From NCBI GenBank assembly GCA_963798085.1, contig CAWCRS010000007.1, positions 1,152,001 through 1,216,000 on the forward strand: a stretch of DNA of 64,000 bases. The letters run 5' to 3'. Of this stretch, positions 44,176 through 54,606 are shown piece after piece; the stretch's first letter is position 1, and each line of letters starts with the position of its first letter. Source of the DNA: an uncultured Gemmatimonadales bacterium (GTDB lineage Bacteria > Gemmatimonadota > Gemmatimonadetes > Longimicrobiales > RSA9). The translations under genes and the position numbers were made by a program. Below the pieces are notes generated by a model, which searched no databases, was not told where the DNA came from, and was given only the letters and a program-made list of their open reading frames with translations.

Positions 44176-45264
44176 ATGAATGGCATGGAAGAGCTGATCC
44201 GCACCTGGGACGGGGAATACGTCGTGACGCGTTACGACGCAGCCTCAGGTGCCTGGATTTTCATTGCGATCCACGATCGTACGCTGGGCATGGCACTGGG
44301 CGGGTGTCGGTTGAGCGTGTATGCGTCACCCGCGGATGGCCTGCGCGATGCCATGCGTCTGTCGCAGGGGATGACCTTCAAATGGGCCGCGATCAACTTT
44401 CCCTTTGGCGGGGGGAAGACGGTGCTGGCGGTGCCGCGCGTGCTCGCACCGAGGGCGCGCGAAACGCTGCTGCTCCGTGTGGGCGACATGATCCAGTCGC
44501 TGGGCGGCACCTACGGCACTGGTGTGGATCTGGGGACGACGCCGCAGGACATGGCGGTGGTGGGGCAGCGCACGCGCTGGGTGTTCGGGCGGCCGCCCGA
44601 TCAGGGCGGCCGCGGCGACCCCGGTCCGTGGACGGCACTCGGCGTGTTCGCCGGCATCCGCGCCGCCTGCCATCATGCCTTCGGCGACGCCAGCCTGGAA
44701 GGTCGCGCGATCCTGGTGCAGGGACTGGGTGGCGTGGGCGGCCCGCTGGCGCGCAGCCTGGCCGCGGCGGGCGCGCGGCTGCTGCTCAGCGACGCACTGC
44801 CCGACCGCGTGGAGGGCCTGGCGCGCGAACTGGGCGCCGAGCTGGTGCCGCCCGAGCGCGCCTACACCACCGCGTGCGATGTGTTCGCGCCCTGTGCCAT
44901 TGGCGGCGTGCTCAACGAGCGCAGCATCGGCCAGCTGCGCTGCCGCGTGGTGGCCGGGTCCGCAAACAATCAGTTAGAAAAAGACGCGGATGCCGCGATC
45001 CTGCAGCAGGAAGGCATCCTGTACGCGCCTGATTTCGTGATCAATGCGGGCGGCGCCATTGCCCACGGCTCGCTGGAAGTGCTGGGCTGGACGGAAGAAC
45101 AGGCGCAGGCGAGGATCGAACAGATCTACGACACGCTGGATGAGATCATGAGCGAAGCGGAGCGGCGCGGCGAGTCGCCTCTGCTGGGAGCCGTGCGCCG
45201 CGCCGATCGCATCCTCGAAGAAGCGCGCGACGCGAGAGAACGCGGCGCGCTCCAGCCCGCCTGA
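44176..45264 (+). CDS. Leu/Val/Phe dehydrogenase family
   Basis: IAIH..TLG.ALGG.R, GMT.K, GGGK, QGLGGVG, GSANNQL, PDFVINAGG. Confidence 0.9.
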   Translation: MNGMEELIRTWDGEYVVTRYDAASGAWIFIAIHDRTLGMALGGCRLSVYASPADGLRDAMRLSQGMTFKWAAINFPFGGGKTVLAVPRVLAPRARETLLLRVGDMIQSLGGTYGTGVDLGTTPQDMAVVGQRTRWVFGRPPDQGGRGDPGPWTALGVFAGIRAACHHAFGDASLEGRAILVQGLGGVGGPLARSLAAAGARLLLSDALPDRVEGLARELGAELVPPERAYTTACDVFAPCAIGGVLNERSIGQLRCRVVAGSANNQLEKDADAAILQQEGILYAPDFVINAGGAIAHGSLEVLGWTEEQAQARIEQIYDTLDEIMSEAERRGESPLLGAVRRADRILEEARDARERGALQPA

Positions 45265-45265
45265 G

Positions 45266-46741
45266 ATGGCCATCGACAATCTGCGCGAATTTCTCGACCT
45301 GCTGGAACGGGAAGGCGAGCTGGTCCGCATTCGCGAGCCGCTGCGCGTGCACCTGGAAATCGCCGAAGTCGCCGACCGTGTGATGAAGCAGCCGGGTGGC
45401 GGCAAGGCGCTCCTCTTCGAGAGACCCGTGCTGGCTGACGGCAGCGTCAGCGAACTGCCCGTCGCCATCAACACGTTCGGCTCCTGGCGGCGCATGGCCC
45501 TGGCGCTGGGCGTGGATGATGTCGCAGAGCACGCGGACCGCCTGGCCGAGCTGCTCCATCCCGATGTGCCAAAGGGCTTCTGGGCGAAAGTGCAGCTGCT
45601 GCCGCGCTTCGCGGAGCTGGCGCGCGTTCCGCCGCGCGAGCAGCGCGGGCGCGCACCCTGCCAGGAGATCGTGCTGGACGGCGCCGCCGCAGATCTCTCA
45701 CGACTGCCCATCATGACGTCGTGGCCCGGCGACGCCGGTCCCTTCATCACACTGCCCATGGTGGTCACGCGCGACCCGGAGACGGGCGTGCAGAACCTGG
45801 GCACGTACCGCATGCAGGTGACGGGACCGCAAAGCGCGTTCATGCACTGGCAGCGTCACAAGGGCGGCGCCGCGCATTACCGGCGCTGGCGCGATATGCA
45901 GGAACCGCGCATGCCGGTGGCAATCGCGCTGGGCGCTGACCCGACGACGATGTACACACCGACCGCGCCCCTGCCGCCGGGTATCGACGAGTACCTCTTC
46001 AGCGGGTTCCTGCGGCGCGCGCCACTGCACGTCACGAATGCGACTAACAGTGAGCTGCGGGTGCCCGCCGAGTCCGACATCGTGCTCGAGGGCTACGTCG
46101 ACACCACCGAGCCGCTGGGCCTCGAGGGACCGTTCGGCGATCACACCGGCTTCTACACGCCGCCCGACTGGTTTCCGGTGTTCCACCTGGAACGCATCAC
46201 CATGCGGCGAGGCGCGATCTACCCGTCGACCATCGTGGGCCGGCCGCCCATGGAAGATTTCTACCTGGGCGGCGCGACCGAGCGGATCTTTCTGCCGCTG
46301 CTGCGCATGACGATGCCGGAAATCGTCGATTACCACATGCCCGCCGAAGGCATCTTCCACAACCTCGTGCTCGTCAGCATTCGCAAGGAGTATCCCGGCC
46401 AGGCGAGCAAGGTGATGAACGGGCTGTGGGGCCAGGGCCTCATGAGCCTGGCAAAAGTGATCGTCGTGGTGGACCACTTCATCGATGTGAAGAAGCCGCA
46501 GGACGTGTGGTGGTACGCGCTGAACAACATCGATCCGCAGCGCGATGTGCACTTCACGTTCGGTCCCGCGGACGATCTGGATCATTCCGCGCGCGGCCCC
46601 GCATTCGGTTCCAAAATGGGCATCGACGGCACGCGCAAATTCGCGGAAGAAGGCTTCACCAGGCCGTGGCCCGATATGATCGAGATGGATGAGGCGGTGA
46701 AGGCGCGCATAAACGAGCTCTGGGCGGGACTGGGTCTGTGA
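45266..46741 (+). CDS. UbiD-family decarboxylase, menaquinone (futalosine pathway, MqnL-like)
   Basis: WPGDAGPFITLP, N.G.YRMQ, MHWQRHKGG, EGPFGDHTGFY, GSKMGID. Confidence 0.9.
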   Translation: MAIDNLREFLDLLEREGELVRIREPLRVHLEIAEVADRVMKQPGGGKALLFERPVLADGSVSELPVAINTFGSWRRMALALGVDDVAEHADRLAELLHPDVPKGFWAKVQLLPRFAELARVPPREQRGRAPCQEIVLDGAAADLSRLPIMTSWPGDAGPFITLPMVVTRDPETGVQNLGTYRMQVTGPQSAFMHWQRHKGGAAHYRRWRDMQEPRMPVAIALGADPTTMYTPTAPLPPGIDEYLFSGFLRRAPLHVTNATNSELRVPAESDIVLEGYVDTTEPLGLEGPFGDHTGFYTPPDWFPVFHLERITMRRGAIYPSTIVGRPPMEDFYLGGATERIFLPLLRMTMPEIVDYHMPAEGIFHNLVLVSIRKEYPGQASKVMNGLWGQGLMSLAKVIVVVDHFIDVKKPQDVWWYALNNIDPQRDVHFTFGPADDLDHSARGPAFGSKMGIDGTRKFAEEGFTRPWPDMIEMDEAVKARINELWAGLGL

Positions 46742-47701
46742 ACGGATCCGCGGCATCGTCCGGGCGACGCGAGGGTCAGGTCGTTGCGGGTGGTTCACTG
46801 CTGGCGCGCTACGCCAGTATGGTGAAATTGCCGCACACACTGTTCGCGCTGCCCTTCGCCGGCCTGGGCGCCGTGCTGGCCAGCTATCGCTTCGAGGCGG
46901 GCGTGACCGCTGGTGCCGTGTTATGGATCGCGCTGGCGTTCACGGCCGCGCGCTTTGCGGCGATGGGCTTCAACCGCATCGTCGATCGCGAACTGGATGC
47001 GCGCAACCCGCGCACGCAGCAGCGCGAACTGCCCGCCGGCCGGTTGAGCGTGGCGCAGGCCGTGCTGGGCGTGCTCGCGGCGGCCGTCGTTTTCGTGGTC
47101 GCTGCATTCCGCCTGAATCCGCTCTGCGGGGAACTGGCACCGATCGCGCTGGTGTGGGTCTTCTTCTACTCGTACACGAAGCGCTTCACCCGCTGGTCGC
47201 ATCCCGTACTGGGCATGGCTCTCGGGATTGCGCCCGTCGGCGGATACCTCGCCATTGCCGGCCGCTGGAGTGATCCATGGTACGCGCTCATCGTGCTGGC
47301 CGCCGCGGTCACATTCTGGGTGGCGGGGTTCGATGTCATCTACTCCATGCAGGACATTCGAATTCGATCGTGCGGCCGGCCTGCACTCGTTTGCGGCGCG
47401 ACACGGCGCGCGCGCAGCCATTCTGCTGGCGCGCGTGTTCCACGCCATTGCGGTTGCGCTGTTCCTGTTCCTCTGGGTGGCACAGCTGTTCCCGGTAGGC
47501 AGGCTCTATCTTGCCGGCGTGCTGGTGGCGGCGGCGCTGCTGGTCTACGAGAACTGGGCGGTGCGGCACGCCGCCGCGCACGGGCTCGAACTGCGTGTTA
47601 TCGATGTGGCGTTCTTCCGCGCCAACATCGGGGTCTCGCTCAGTCTGTTCGCTCTCTGTCTGCTCGACCGGCTGACGGCGCTCGCCGCCGGGGCGTCATG
47701 A
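46738..47701 (+). CDS. UbiA-family prenyltransferase (MqnP-like); +1 frameshift at about 47357
   Basis: HTLFALPFA, AMGFNRIVD..LDARNPRT, YSYTKRFT, GFDVIY; removing one T gives QDIEFDR..GLHS. Confidence 0.88.
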
Positions 47702-48294
47702 GGAGCGGCGCACCCCTGACGCTCGCCATTACCGGAGCGTCCGGCGCGCCCTACGCCGTGCGCCTGCTGCAGCAGCTGATCGCGCACGGTTCGGCCGTTC
47801 GCCTGATCATCTCCGAAACCGGCTGGCGCTTGCTGGCAGAGGAAGCGGGCATCGAATCAGCCGATGGCCTGCGTGCGGCAACCGGCGACTGGACCCACGT
47901 CACGGCATACGACGATGCGGATCGGGGCGCGACGCCCGCCTCGGGCTCCACCGCTTCGGCAGGAATGGTCGTCTGTCCCTGCTCGATGGGAACTCTGGCC
48001 AGCATTGCACAGGGCACCACGCGGTCGCTCATCGAACGGGCGGCCAATGTTGCGCTCAAGGAGCGCCGCAAGCTGATCCTGGTGCCCCGCGAAACGCCCT
48101 ACAGCGTGATCCATCTCGAGAACATGCTGCGTATCACGCAGGCCGGCGCGATCGTGCTGCCGGCGTCGCCGGGCTTCTACCATCGGCCGGCGCGCATTGA
48201 AGAGCTGGTCGACTTCATCACCGGCCGCATTCTCTCGCAGCTGGGCATCGAGCACGGCATCGGGCCGCGCTGGACTGCGGGCGAGTCGGCCTGA
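47698..48294 (+). CDS. ubiX: Flavin prenyltransferase
   Basis: ITGASGA.Y, ASGS, PCSMGTL, LKERR.L.LVPRETP, PGFYH.P. Confidence 0.93.
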   Translation: MRSGAPLTLAITGASGAPYAVRLLQQLIAHGSAVRLIISETGWRLLAEEAGIESADGLRAATGDWTHVTAYDDADRGATPASGSTASAGMVVCPCSMGTLASIAQGTTRSLIERAANVALKERRKLILVPRETPYSVIHLENMLRITQAGAIVLPASPGFYHRPARIEELVDFITGRILSQLGIEHGIGPRWTAGESA

Positions 48295-48298
48295 ACCC

Positions 48299-48775
48299 AT
48301 GCGCATCGGCCTCATCAGCGACACGCACGGCCGGCTGCGGCGCGAGGTCTTCCAGCATTTCGACGGCGTCGACCGCATCCTGCACGCCGGCGACATCGGC
48401 GGCGCCGACATCCTGAGCGAACTGGAGACCATAGCGCCGGTGGATGCGGTCTTCGGCAATACCGACACGTTCGAGATGCGGGCGCGCGTTCCGGAAATCG
48501 TGGAGCGCGAGCTGGAAGGGCGGCGATTTCTGCTGCTGCACGGGCATCAGCTCGGGGCACCGACGCCGGAGCGTCTGGCGGCTGCGTATCCCGCATCGGA
48601 CATCATCGTGTTCGGGCACACGCATCGCCCCACACACCGGCACATCCTGCGACAGCTCTTTCTCAATCCGGGTGGCGCCGGTGCGCCGCGTTTTGGCGTT
48701 CCCGCCTCGATTGCGGTGCTCGAGTTGAAGCCGGGGAGCGGTGAGGATTTCGCGCTGATCGTGCTGGAGCACTGA
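48299..48775 (+). CDS. YfcE-like metallophosphoesterase
   Basis: SDTH, HAGD, GNTD, HGH, GHTH, NPG. Confidence 0.92.
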   Translation: MRIGLISDTHGRLRREVFQHFDGVDRILHAGDIGGADILSELETIAPVDAVFGNTDTFEMRARVPEIVERELEGRRFLLLHGHQLGAPTPERLAAAYPASDIIVFGHTHRPTHRHILRQLFLNPGGAGAPRFGVPASIAVLELKPGSGEDFALIVLEH

Positions 48776-48786
48776 GGCGCGGCGGG

Positions 48787-49902
48787 TCAGACCGGAAGTC
48801 CGGCCGGCACCGCGGCATCATCGGGATGCCAGGTGCGGCTCAGCTCTTCGGGATGGTTGCGGAACCAGGCAGCGACCATGAGGATCTCGCTCGCCGCCGT
48901 GGCATCGATGCCGTCCCGGCCGCGCGGCGCGGCGCGCAGCAGCATCGCCGCGCGCGCGCGCAGCTGCTGCATCTCCTGGTCGTCGCGGGGCGCCGGCAGT
49001 TCTGCCAGCACGAGGCCGTGGCGCAGAACGTAGATCCGCTCCTGGTCTGCCCCGGCGACTGTGTACACGAAAGTCAGCGCCTCGATCGTGCTGCGCAGCG
49101 CCACGAGTTCCTCACGCAGCTCCTCCAGCCGGTGGATGCGATCACGCAGCGTGGCGGCGTACTCGAAGTGCGTCCGCGACGACGCCGCTTCCATGCGCTC
49201 GCGCAGGCGCTGCAGCGGCGCATCGGCTTCGCCCTGCAGGAAGCGCAGCGTGAGCTCGGCCCGTGCCCGGTATTCGTGCCGGGCACAGCGACCGGCGCAG
49301 GGTGCCATGCAGCGGCCCAGGTCGCCGCGCAGACAGAGCGGCGCCTTCGCTTCCATGGCGAAGAATTCCAGCTGGTCGGTGAACCGTAACGGTGTGTTAG
49401 AAGCGCAGTCGCGCAGCTCCAGCACATCCGCGATCTCACGCACTGCTGCACGCACCCGCTCCGGTCCGGCGAACGGCCCGAAGTAGCGCGCGCCGTCGGC
49501 CACCACGCGCGGCACGGCCTGCAGCCGCGCCGCAGACTCGCGCGTGAGCCGGATGAAGCAGAAGCTGCGGTCCCGCTTGTGCACCACGTTGTACGGCGGG
49601 CGCCAGCGCTTGATGCTCTGCATCTCCAGCAGCAGCGCAGCAAACTCGCCGGGCACGTACTCCCACTCAATGCGGTGTGTGTGCCGCAGCAGCTCCTCAC
49701 CCTTGGCGCCTCGACGCTCGCGGAAATAGCCGAGCAGCCGCGTGCGCACGCGGATGGATTTGCCCACGTAGAGCACCCGCTCGCCCGGCCCGATCATGCG
49801 GTAGACGCCCGGTCGGTTTTCGGCCAATGCACGCACCTGCGCACGCAGCGCCTCGGCGGGCACCGGGTGGCTGATCGCGGGTGTGGTGGCGAGCGCCGGC
49901 AT
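48787..49902 (-). CDS. GIY-YIG/UVR nuclease (UvrC N-terminal half, Cho-like)
   Basis: PGVYRM...LYVGKS...R.R...YF, P.YN, YFGPF, Cys cluster, FEYAA.LRD. Confidence 0.85.
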   Translation of the reverse strand: MPALATTPAISHPVPAEALRAQVRALAENRPGVYRMIGPGERVLYVGKSIRVRTRLLGYFRERRGAKGEELLRHTHRIEWEYVPGEFAALLLEMQSIKRWRPPYNVVHKRDRSFCFIRLTRESAARLQAVPRVVADGARYFGPFAGPERVRAAVREIADVLELRDCASNTPLRFTDQLEFFAMEAKAPLCLRGDLGRCMAPCAGRCARHEYRARAELTLRFLQGEADAPLQRLRERMEAASSRTHFEYAATLRDRIHRLEELREELVALRSTIEALTFVYTVAGADQERIYVLRHGLVLAELPAPRDDQEMQQLRARAAMLLRAAPRGRDGIDATAASEILMVAAWFRNHPEELSRTWHPDDAAVPAGLPV

Positions 49903-49990
49903 CTCGCGTCCTGAAAGAGTGGGACAGGGGGAACCGAAGATCTGCCGAAGCCTCCCCCGCGTCAAGACGGCTGCGGCCGGGACCCGAGAT

Positions 49991-50815
49991 TCAGCGCTGA
50001 CAGGTGGGGCAGTAGAAGGCAGCGCGGTTGCTGCGCACGACGCGGCGGATGGGCGTGCCGCAGTTGAGGCAGGGTTCGTGCTCGCGGTCGTAGACGCGCA
50101 GGTGGAACTGGAAGCTGCCGGCGCGGCCTTCGCCGTCGCGATAGTCACTCACGGTAGTGCCGCGAGCGGTCACGGCTTCGGCGAGGACGTCCTGGACGGC
50201 GGCGTGCAGGGCGGAAGTCTCAGCGCGCCGCAGGGTGCGGGTACGTCGCGTGGGCCGGATGCCGGCGCGGTGCAGCGCCTCGCTCGCGTAGATGTTGCCC
50301 ACGCCTGCGACGCGGCGCTGGTCCAGCAGCCAGTTGCGGATGGGTGTGATGGAACCACGGGTCAGCGCGTGCAGCCGCTCCGGCGTGAATTCCGGCGACA
50401 GCGGCTCGACGCCGAGCTGGGCGGAGCGTTCCTGCCATTCACTGTGGTCGCGCAGATCCAGTCGGCCGAAGCGCCGGGCATCGTCGTAGAAGATGGCGCG
50501 GCCATCGGCCAGGTCGAGACGAGCCGCTACATGTGTCAGCTCGCGCGACAGTGCGGGCGGGCCCACCTGCACGTGCCCGGTCATGCCCAGGCTGATGACC
50601 AGACGCCAACCGCCCTCGAGCTCGAGGACCACGGCTTTGGCGCGGCGGGTGACCGCCAGGATGCGTTTGCCACGCAGCACGCGTCCGAGCCGGACCGCTG
50701 TGAGGTTGCGCGCCAGGATGTCCGGCCGGATGACCTTCACGCCGCGCACGGTGGCGCCGGCCACGGTGCGCTGCAGGTCGCGGACGATGGTCTCAGCTTC
50801 GGGCAGCTCGGGCAT
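49991..50815 (-). CDS. mutM: Formamidopyrimidine-DNA glycosylase
   Basis: MPELPE, LGMTG, D.RRFG, LLDQ..VAGVGNIY, C-terminal Zn finger. Confidence 0.95.
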   Translation of the reverse strand: MPELPEAETIVRDLQRTVAGATVRGVKVIRPDILARNLTAVRLGRVLRGKRILAVTRRAKAVVLELEGGWRLVISLGMTGHVQVGPPALSRELTHVAARLDLADGRAIFYDDARRFGRLDLRDHSEWQERSAQLGVEPLSPEFTPERLHALTRGSITPIRNWLLDQRRVAGVGNIYASEALHRAGIRPTRRTRTLRRAETSALHAAVQDVLAEAVTARGTTVSDYRDGEGRAGSFQFHLRVYDREHEPCLNCGTPIRRVVRSNRAAFYCPTCQR

Positions 50816-52088
50816 GCCGCTCCAGCTCGCGCCAGCCGATGTCGCGCCGGTACTGCTTCCCCTCGAAGGCAATCGCATCGGCCGCCGCGCGGCTGCGGGC
50901 GGCGGCCTGCTCGAGTGAGGGTGCCAGCGCGGTAACGGCGAGCACGCGCCCGCCATCGGTAACAGGCTGTTTGCCATCCAGCCGCGTGCCCGCGTGGAAC
51001 ACCAGCACGTCGTCGGACTCCGACACTTCGGGAGGGATGTGGATGGGCACGCCCCGCGTGGAGCGCTCCGGGTAGCCGGCGGAAGCGAGCACGGTGGTGA
51101 GCGCGGCTGCGTGCCGCCATTCCAGACGCGTGCCCGCCAGCGAGCCGCCGTGCGCGATTGCCAGCAGCGGATCCAGCAGCGGCGAGTCGAGCAGTGGCAG
51201 CAGCGCCTCTGTTTCCGGGTCGCCGAAGCGCGCATTGAACTCGATGACCTGCGGACCGCTGGCGCTGAGCATGAGTCCGGCGTAGAGCAGGCCGCGGAAG
51301 GGCCGGCCCGCTTCGCGCAGGGCGAGCAGCACGGGCTCGAAGATGGCGGAGCGCGCGCTCTCGATAACTGCGCTGTCCGCAAGGGATACCGGCGCATAGG
51401 CGCCCATGCCGCCCGTATTGGGACCCGTGTCGCCTTCACCAATGCGCTTGTGATCCTGCGCGGGCAGCATGAGCAGCGCGTGGGTACCGTCCGTGAGCGC
51501 GAAGATGGACAGTTCTTCGCCTTCCAGGAATTGCTCGATGACGATCTCGCGCCCCGCCTCGCCGAAAGCGGAGCCGGCGAGCATGCTGCGCGCGGCGGTG
51601 GCGGCGGCGGCGGTGTCATCGCATACCACGGCGCCTTTGCCGGCGGCCAGCCCGGAAGCCTTCACGACGAGCGGCGCGCCGCAGCGCTCGATGAACGCTA
51701 ACGCCGGTGTCAGCGTGGTGAAGGACTGGAACGCGGCCGTGGGTACGCCCGCGCTGGCCATGAGCTGTTTAGCGTATGCCTTGGATGCTTCAATGGCGGC
51801 GGCTGCGCGCGTCGGACCGAAGGCCGCGAGGCCGCGCGCGGCGAACGCATCCACGAGGCCGAGCGCCAGAGGCGCTTCCGGGCCGACCACGGTGAGATCG
51901 ATGCGCTCGCCCTCCGCCCATGAAACGAGGCCGTCCACATCATCGGGCGCGATGGCGATGGATTCGGCGAGCTGGGCGGTGCCCGCATTGCCACGGGTGA
52001 TGAAGCAGCGGGCGGCGGGCCGGTCATGGTGGAGCTGGTGCAGCAGCGCGTGTTCGCGGCCGCCATGGCCCACCATGAGGATTTTCAT
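50793..52088 (-). CDS. purD: Phosphoribosylamine--glycine ligase
   Basis: GGREHA, VVGPE, GLAAGKG, QDHKR, GPNTGGMG, EFNARFGDPE. Confidence 0.97.
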   Translation of the reverse strand: MKILMVGHGGREHALLHQLHHDRPAARCFITRGNAGTAQLAESIAIAPDDVDGLVSWAEGERIDLTVVGPEAPLALGLVDAFAARGLAAFGPTRAAAAIEASKAYAKQLMASAGVPTAAFQSFTTLTPALAFIERCGAPLVVKASGLAAGKGAVVCDDTAAAATAARSMLAGSAFGEAGREIVIEQFLEGEELSIFALTDGTHALLMLPAQDHKRIGEGDTGPNTGGMGAYAPVSLADSAVIESARSAIFEPVLLALREAGRPFRGLLYAGLMLSASGPQVIEFNARFGDPETEALLPLLDSPLLDPLLAIAHGGSLAGTRLEWRHAAALTTVLASAGYPERSTRGVPIHIPPEVSESDDVLVFHAGTRLDGKQPVTDGGRVLAVTALAPSLEQAAARSRAAADAIAFEGKQYRRDIGWRELERHARAARS

Positions 52089-52114
52089 GGAACGACTCCC
52101 GCGCCGGAATGCGT

Positions 52115-52144
52115 CGGCCGGGGGACCGCGAGGTCCCCCGGCCG
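52115..52144. terminator. 13-bp GC hairpin downstream of the M48 protease
   Basis: CGGCCGGGGGACC-GCGA-GGTCCCCCGGCCG; no U-tract. Confidence 0.55.
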
Positions 52145-52157
52145 GGCGCGGAAGCTA

Positions 52158-53135
52158 TCAGCGGCGCATGTTGTCGGCAAACTTGTCGCGCGCACCGCGA
52201 ATCGCATCACCGAACTGACGCAGCACGGACTGCGCATCTTCCTTGTAGGCGCGCATGGCGTCGGCCAGATCATCGCTGTACGGCGTCTGTTCGTCGGTGC
52301 GGCGGCGATACTCGCCGCGCATGATGCGATCGTACTCGCCGGCCTCGATCCAATCGCGTGCTTCGGCAGCACGCAGCACGTGGAACGGATGCGTAGTGCC
52401 CAGCAGGTTGAGCACCTTGAAGACGATGTCCGCGACATCGCCGCTCTCGCGGTACTCATCGGCCTGGCGCAGGAATTCGTTGAGGTCGGTCTCTTCCGCG
52501 GTCCCGCCGCCCGCGAGCTTCATGAAGGAGCGCAGCGTGGCTTCGGGATTCTGTACGGCGAGCAGACCTGCGCGATCACTGGACAGCTCCGCCTTGCGGC
52601 TCCACTCGAGCAGCGCCATGAGGATCGCACGCGCCGCCAGCCCGACGATGGGGAAGCCGAGTGATGCGAGCTGCAGCAGCAGCACCGTCATCGTGCGATA
52701 CAGCACGTGTCCGCTGAGCACGTGACCGAGCTCGTGACCGAGCAGGTAGGTCATCTCGTCGTCATCGAGCAGCCGCAGCGAGCCCGAATTGAGCACGATG
52801 AACGGGCGGTCCATGCCGTAGGCGCCGGCGTTGACCAGCGGTGTCTGCGACACGAACAGCTCGTAGCGCTCGGGCGAATCCAGCGTCTCGAGCACTTCGA
52901 GATAGCGCTCCCAGATCCTGGGGAACTGCTTCTCGGACACGCGCACGGCATTGGCCTGGAAGGCGAGACGGATGGGCTTCTCACCGAAGAAGCCGAACAC
53001 CTTCTTCAACACTTCGTCGAATGCGGGGATGCGGCGCAGTGCGGCGAGGGCCGCGCGATCGGCCGGGTGTTCCCAAGTGCTGGGGTGGATATCGCGCAGG
53101 ATGCGACGCGTTCTGGGAACGTTGTTCGTGGCCAT
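52158..53135 (-). CDS. M48-family zinc metalloprotease
   Basis: EHPAD, NAGAYG, HELGH, AELSSDRAG, THP...R. Confidence 0.9.
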   Translation of the reverse strand: MATNNVPRTRRILRDIHPSTWEHPADRAALAALRRIPAFDEVLKKVFGFFGEKPIRLAFQANAVRVSEKQFPRIWERYLEVLETLDSPERYELFVSQTPLVNAGAYGMDRPFIVLNSGSLRLLDDDEMTYLLGHELGHVLSGHVLYRTMTVLLLQLASLGFPIVGLAARAILMALLEWSRKAELSSDRAGLLAVQNPEATLRSFMKLAGGGTAEETDLNEFLRQADEYRESGDVADIVFKVLNLLGTTHPFHVLRAAEARDWIEAGEYDRIMRGEYRRRTDEQTPYSDDLADAMRAYKEDAQSVLRQFGDAIRGARDKFADNMRR

Positions 53136-53213
53136 GGTCTCGCTCCGTTCAGGTTACAGCCAGCGCGTACGAGCCCTCGTGCGCGGGCACGCCCGGGAAA
53201 GCACTCCCGACCG

Positions 53214-53240
53214 TACGTCAGCGGCTGGTGACCGGTTTCC
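53214..53240 (-). promoter_or_regulatory. Putative ECF promoter upstream of the M48 protease
   Basis: Minus strand GGAAAC-N17-CGTA, same spacing as the motif before the sigma gene. Confidence 0.6.
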
Positions 53241-53320
53241 CGCTGATCGCTCTGCCGCTGCCGGTCGCCCCGACGCACCGACACGCAGTCAGGCAGCGGT
53301 GTTACGCAGGCTCGCCCCGT

Positions 53321-54476
53321 TCAGAGACGGGCCAGCGCCTGGTCCAGATCGGCCAGGAGATCCCCTTCATCTTCGACCCCCACCGAGAGCCGCAGCAGTG
53401 AATCGGATACACCCATGCGCTCGCGCATATCCTTCGGCACTGATGCGTGCGTCATGATGGCCGGGGTGCACGATCAGGCTTTCTACCCCGCCCAGGCTTT
53501 CGGCGAGCGCGAACAGGCGAGTGGACTCGGCCACGACCCGCGCGCGCTCCAGCGTGTCCAGCTCGAAGCTGACCATACCCGAGAAGCCGCGCATCTGACG
53601 CCTGGCCAGCTCGTGCTGGGGATGATCGGGCAACCCCGGATAGAAGACCTGTGACACCCGCGGATGGGCTGCGAGGTACTCGGCCACGCGCTGGCCGTTG
53701 TGATTGTGCCGTTCCATGCGCAAATGCAGCGTCTTGGTGCCGCGCAGGATCAGCCAGGAATCCCACGGGCCGGGCACGCCCCCGGTCGCCTTCTGCATGA
53801 AGCGGAGGTCCTCAGCCACGCGATCATCATTGGTGACGACGATGCCGCCCACCACATCGGAGTGTCCGTTCAGGTACTTGGTGCTGGAGTGCACGACCAT
53901 GTCCGCGCCCAGTGCGAGCGGCCGCTGGTTGTACGGTGAAGCGAACGTGTTGTCGACGGCCATCTGCGCGCCGGCGGAATGCACCAGCTGCGCGATGGCG
54001 CGGATGTCACTCACGCGCATCATGGGGTTGGTGGGTGTCTCGACCAGCACGAGCCGGGTTTCGGGACGCAGGGCCAGGCGCACGCACTCGGGATCGCGGG
54101 AATCGACAGGCGTGAACCTGAGGCCGAGGCGTGCGAACACCTGCGCGAACATGCGATGCGTGCCGCCGTAGACATTCTCTTCGTAGACGACGTGGGCGCC
54201 GGCACTCAAGCGCTTGATCATGGCCTCGATCGCAGCCAGTCCGCTCGAGAAGGCGACGCCGTGACGTCCACCTTCCAGCGCGGCGATATTGTCCTGCATG
54301 GCCTCGCGCGTGGGGTTCTGCACGCGGGCGTACTCGTAGCCGTTCAGCGGCTGGCCGAGGCGAGGCTGCACATAGGTGGACGTCTGATAGATGGGCATCA
54401 TGATGGCGCCGGTGCGCGGGTCCGGTGATTGACCCGCGTGAACGGCGATGGTACCGAATCCGGGTGCCTCGCTCAT
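53321..54476 (-). CDS. Cystathionine gamma-synthase/lyase family (PLP); +1 frameshift at GGGG 53463-53466
   Basis: [49 protein letters not shown]; removing one base gives HPAIMTHAS...LRLSVGVED, stop at 53321. Confidence 0.9.
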
Positions 54477-54606
54477 GCCTGTCTCTCTCAAGGAAGTTTT
54501 TGTCAGGACCGAAGATAAGAGGCGAACCGCGTTGCCGCCAAGACGGTTTCACCGGGAACGCGGGGGCTCGCCTCGCGCTTGTTTCGACAGCCAGCACGAG
54601 GAGCAA

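Noticed and set aside
46738..48294. Apparent UbiA-UbiX fusion (518 aa)
   Set aside because: Created by the extra T at about 47357; corrected UbiA ends at 47701 and ubiX starts at 47698.
54525..54551. TGAAACCG upstream of the cystathionine enzyme as a third ECF promoter
   Set aside because: The -10 position reads GGTT, not CGTA; too weak to claim.
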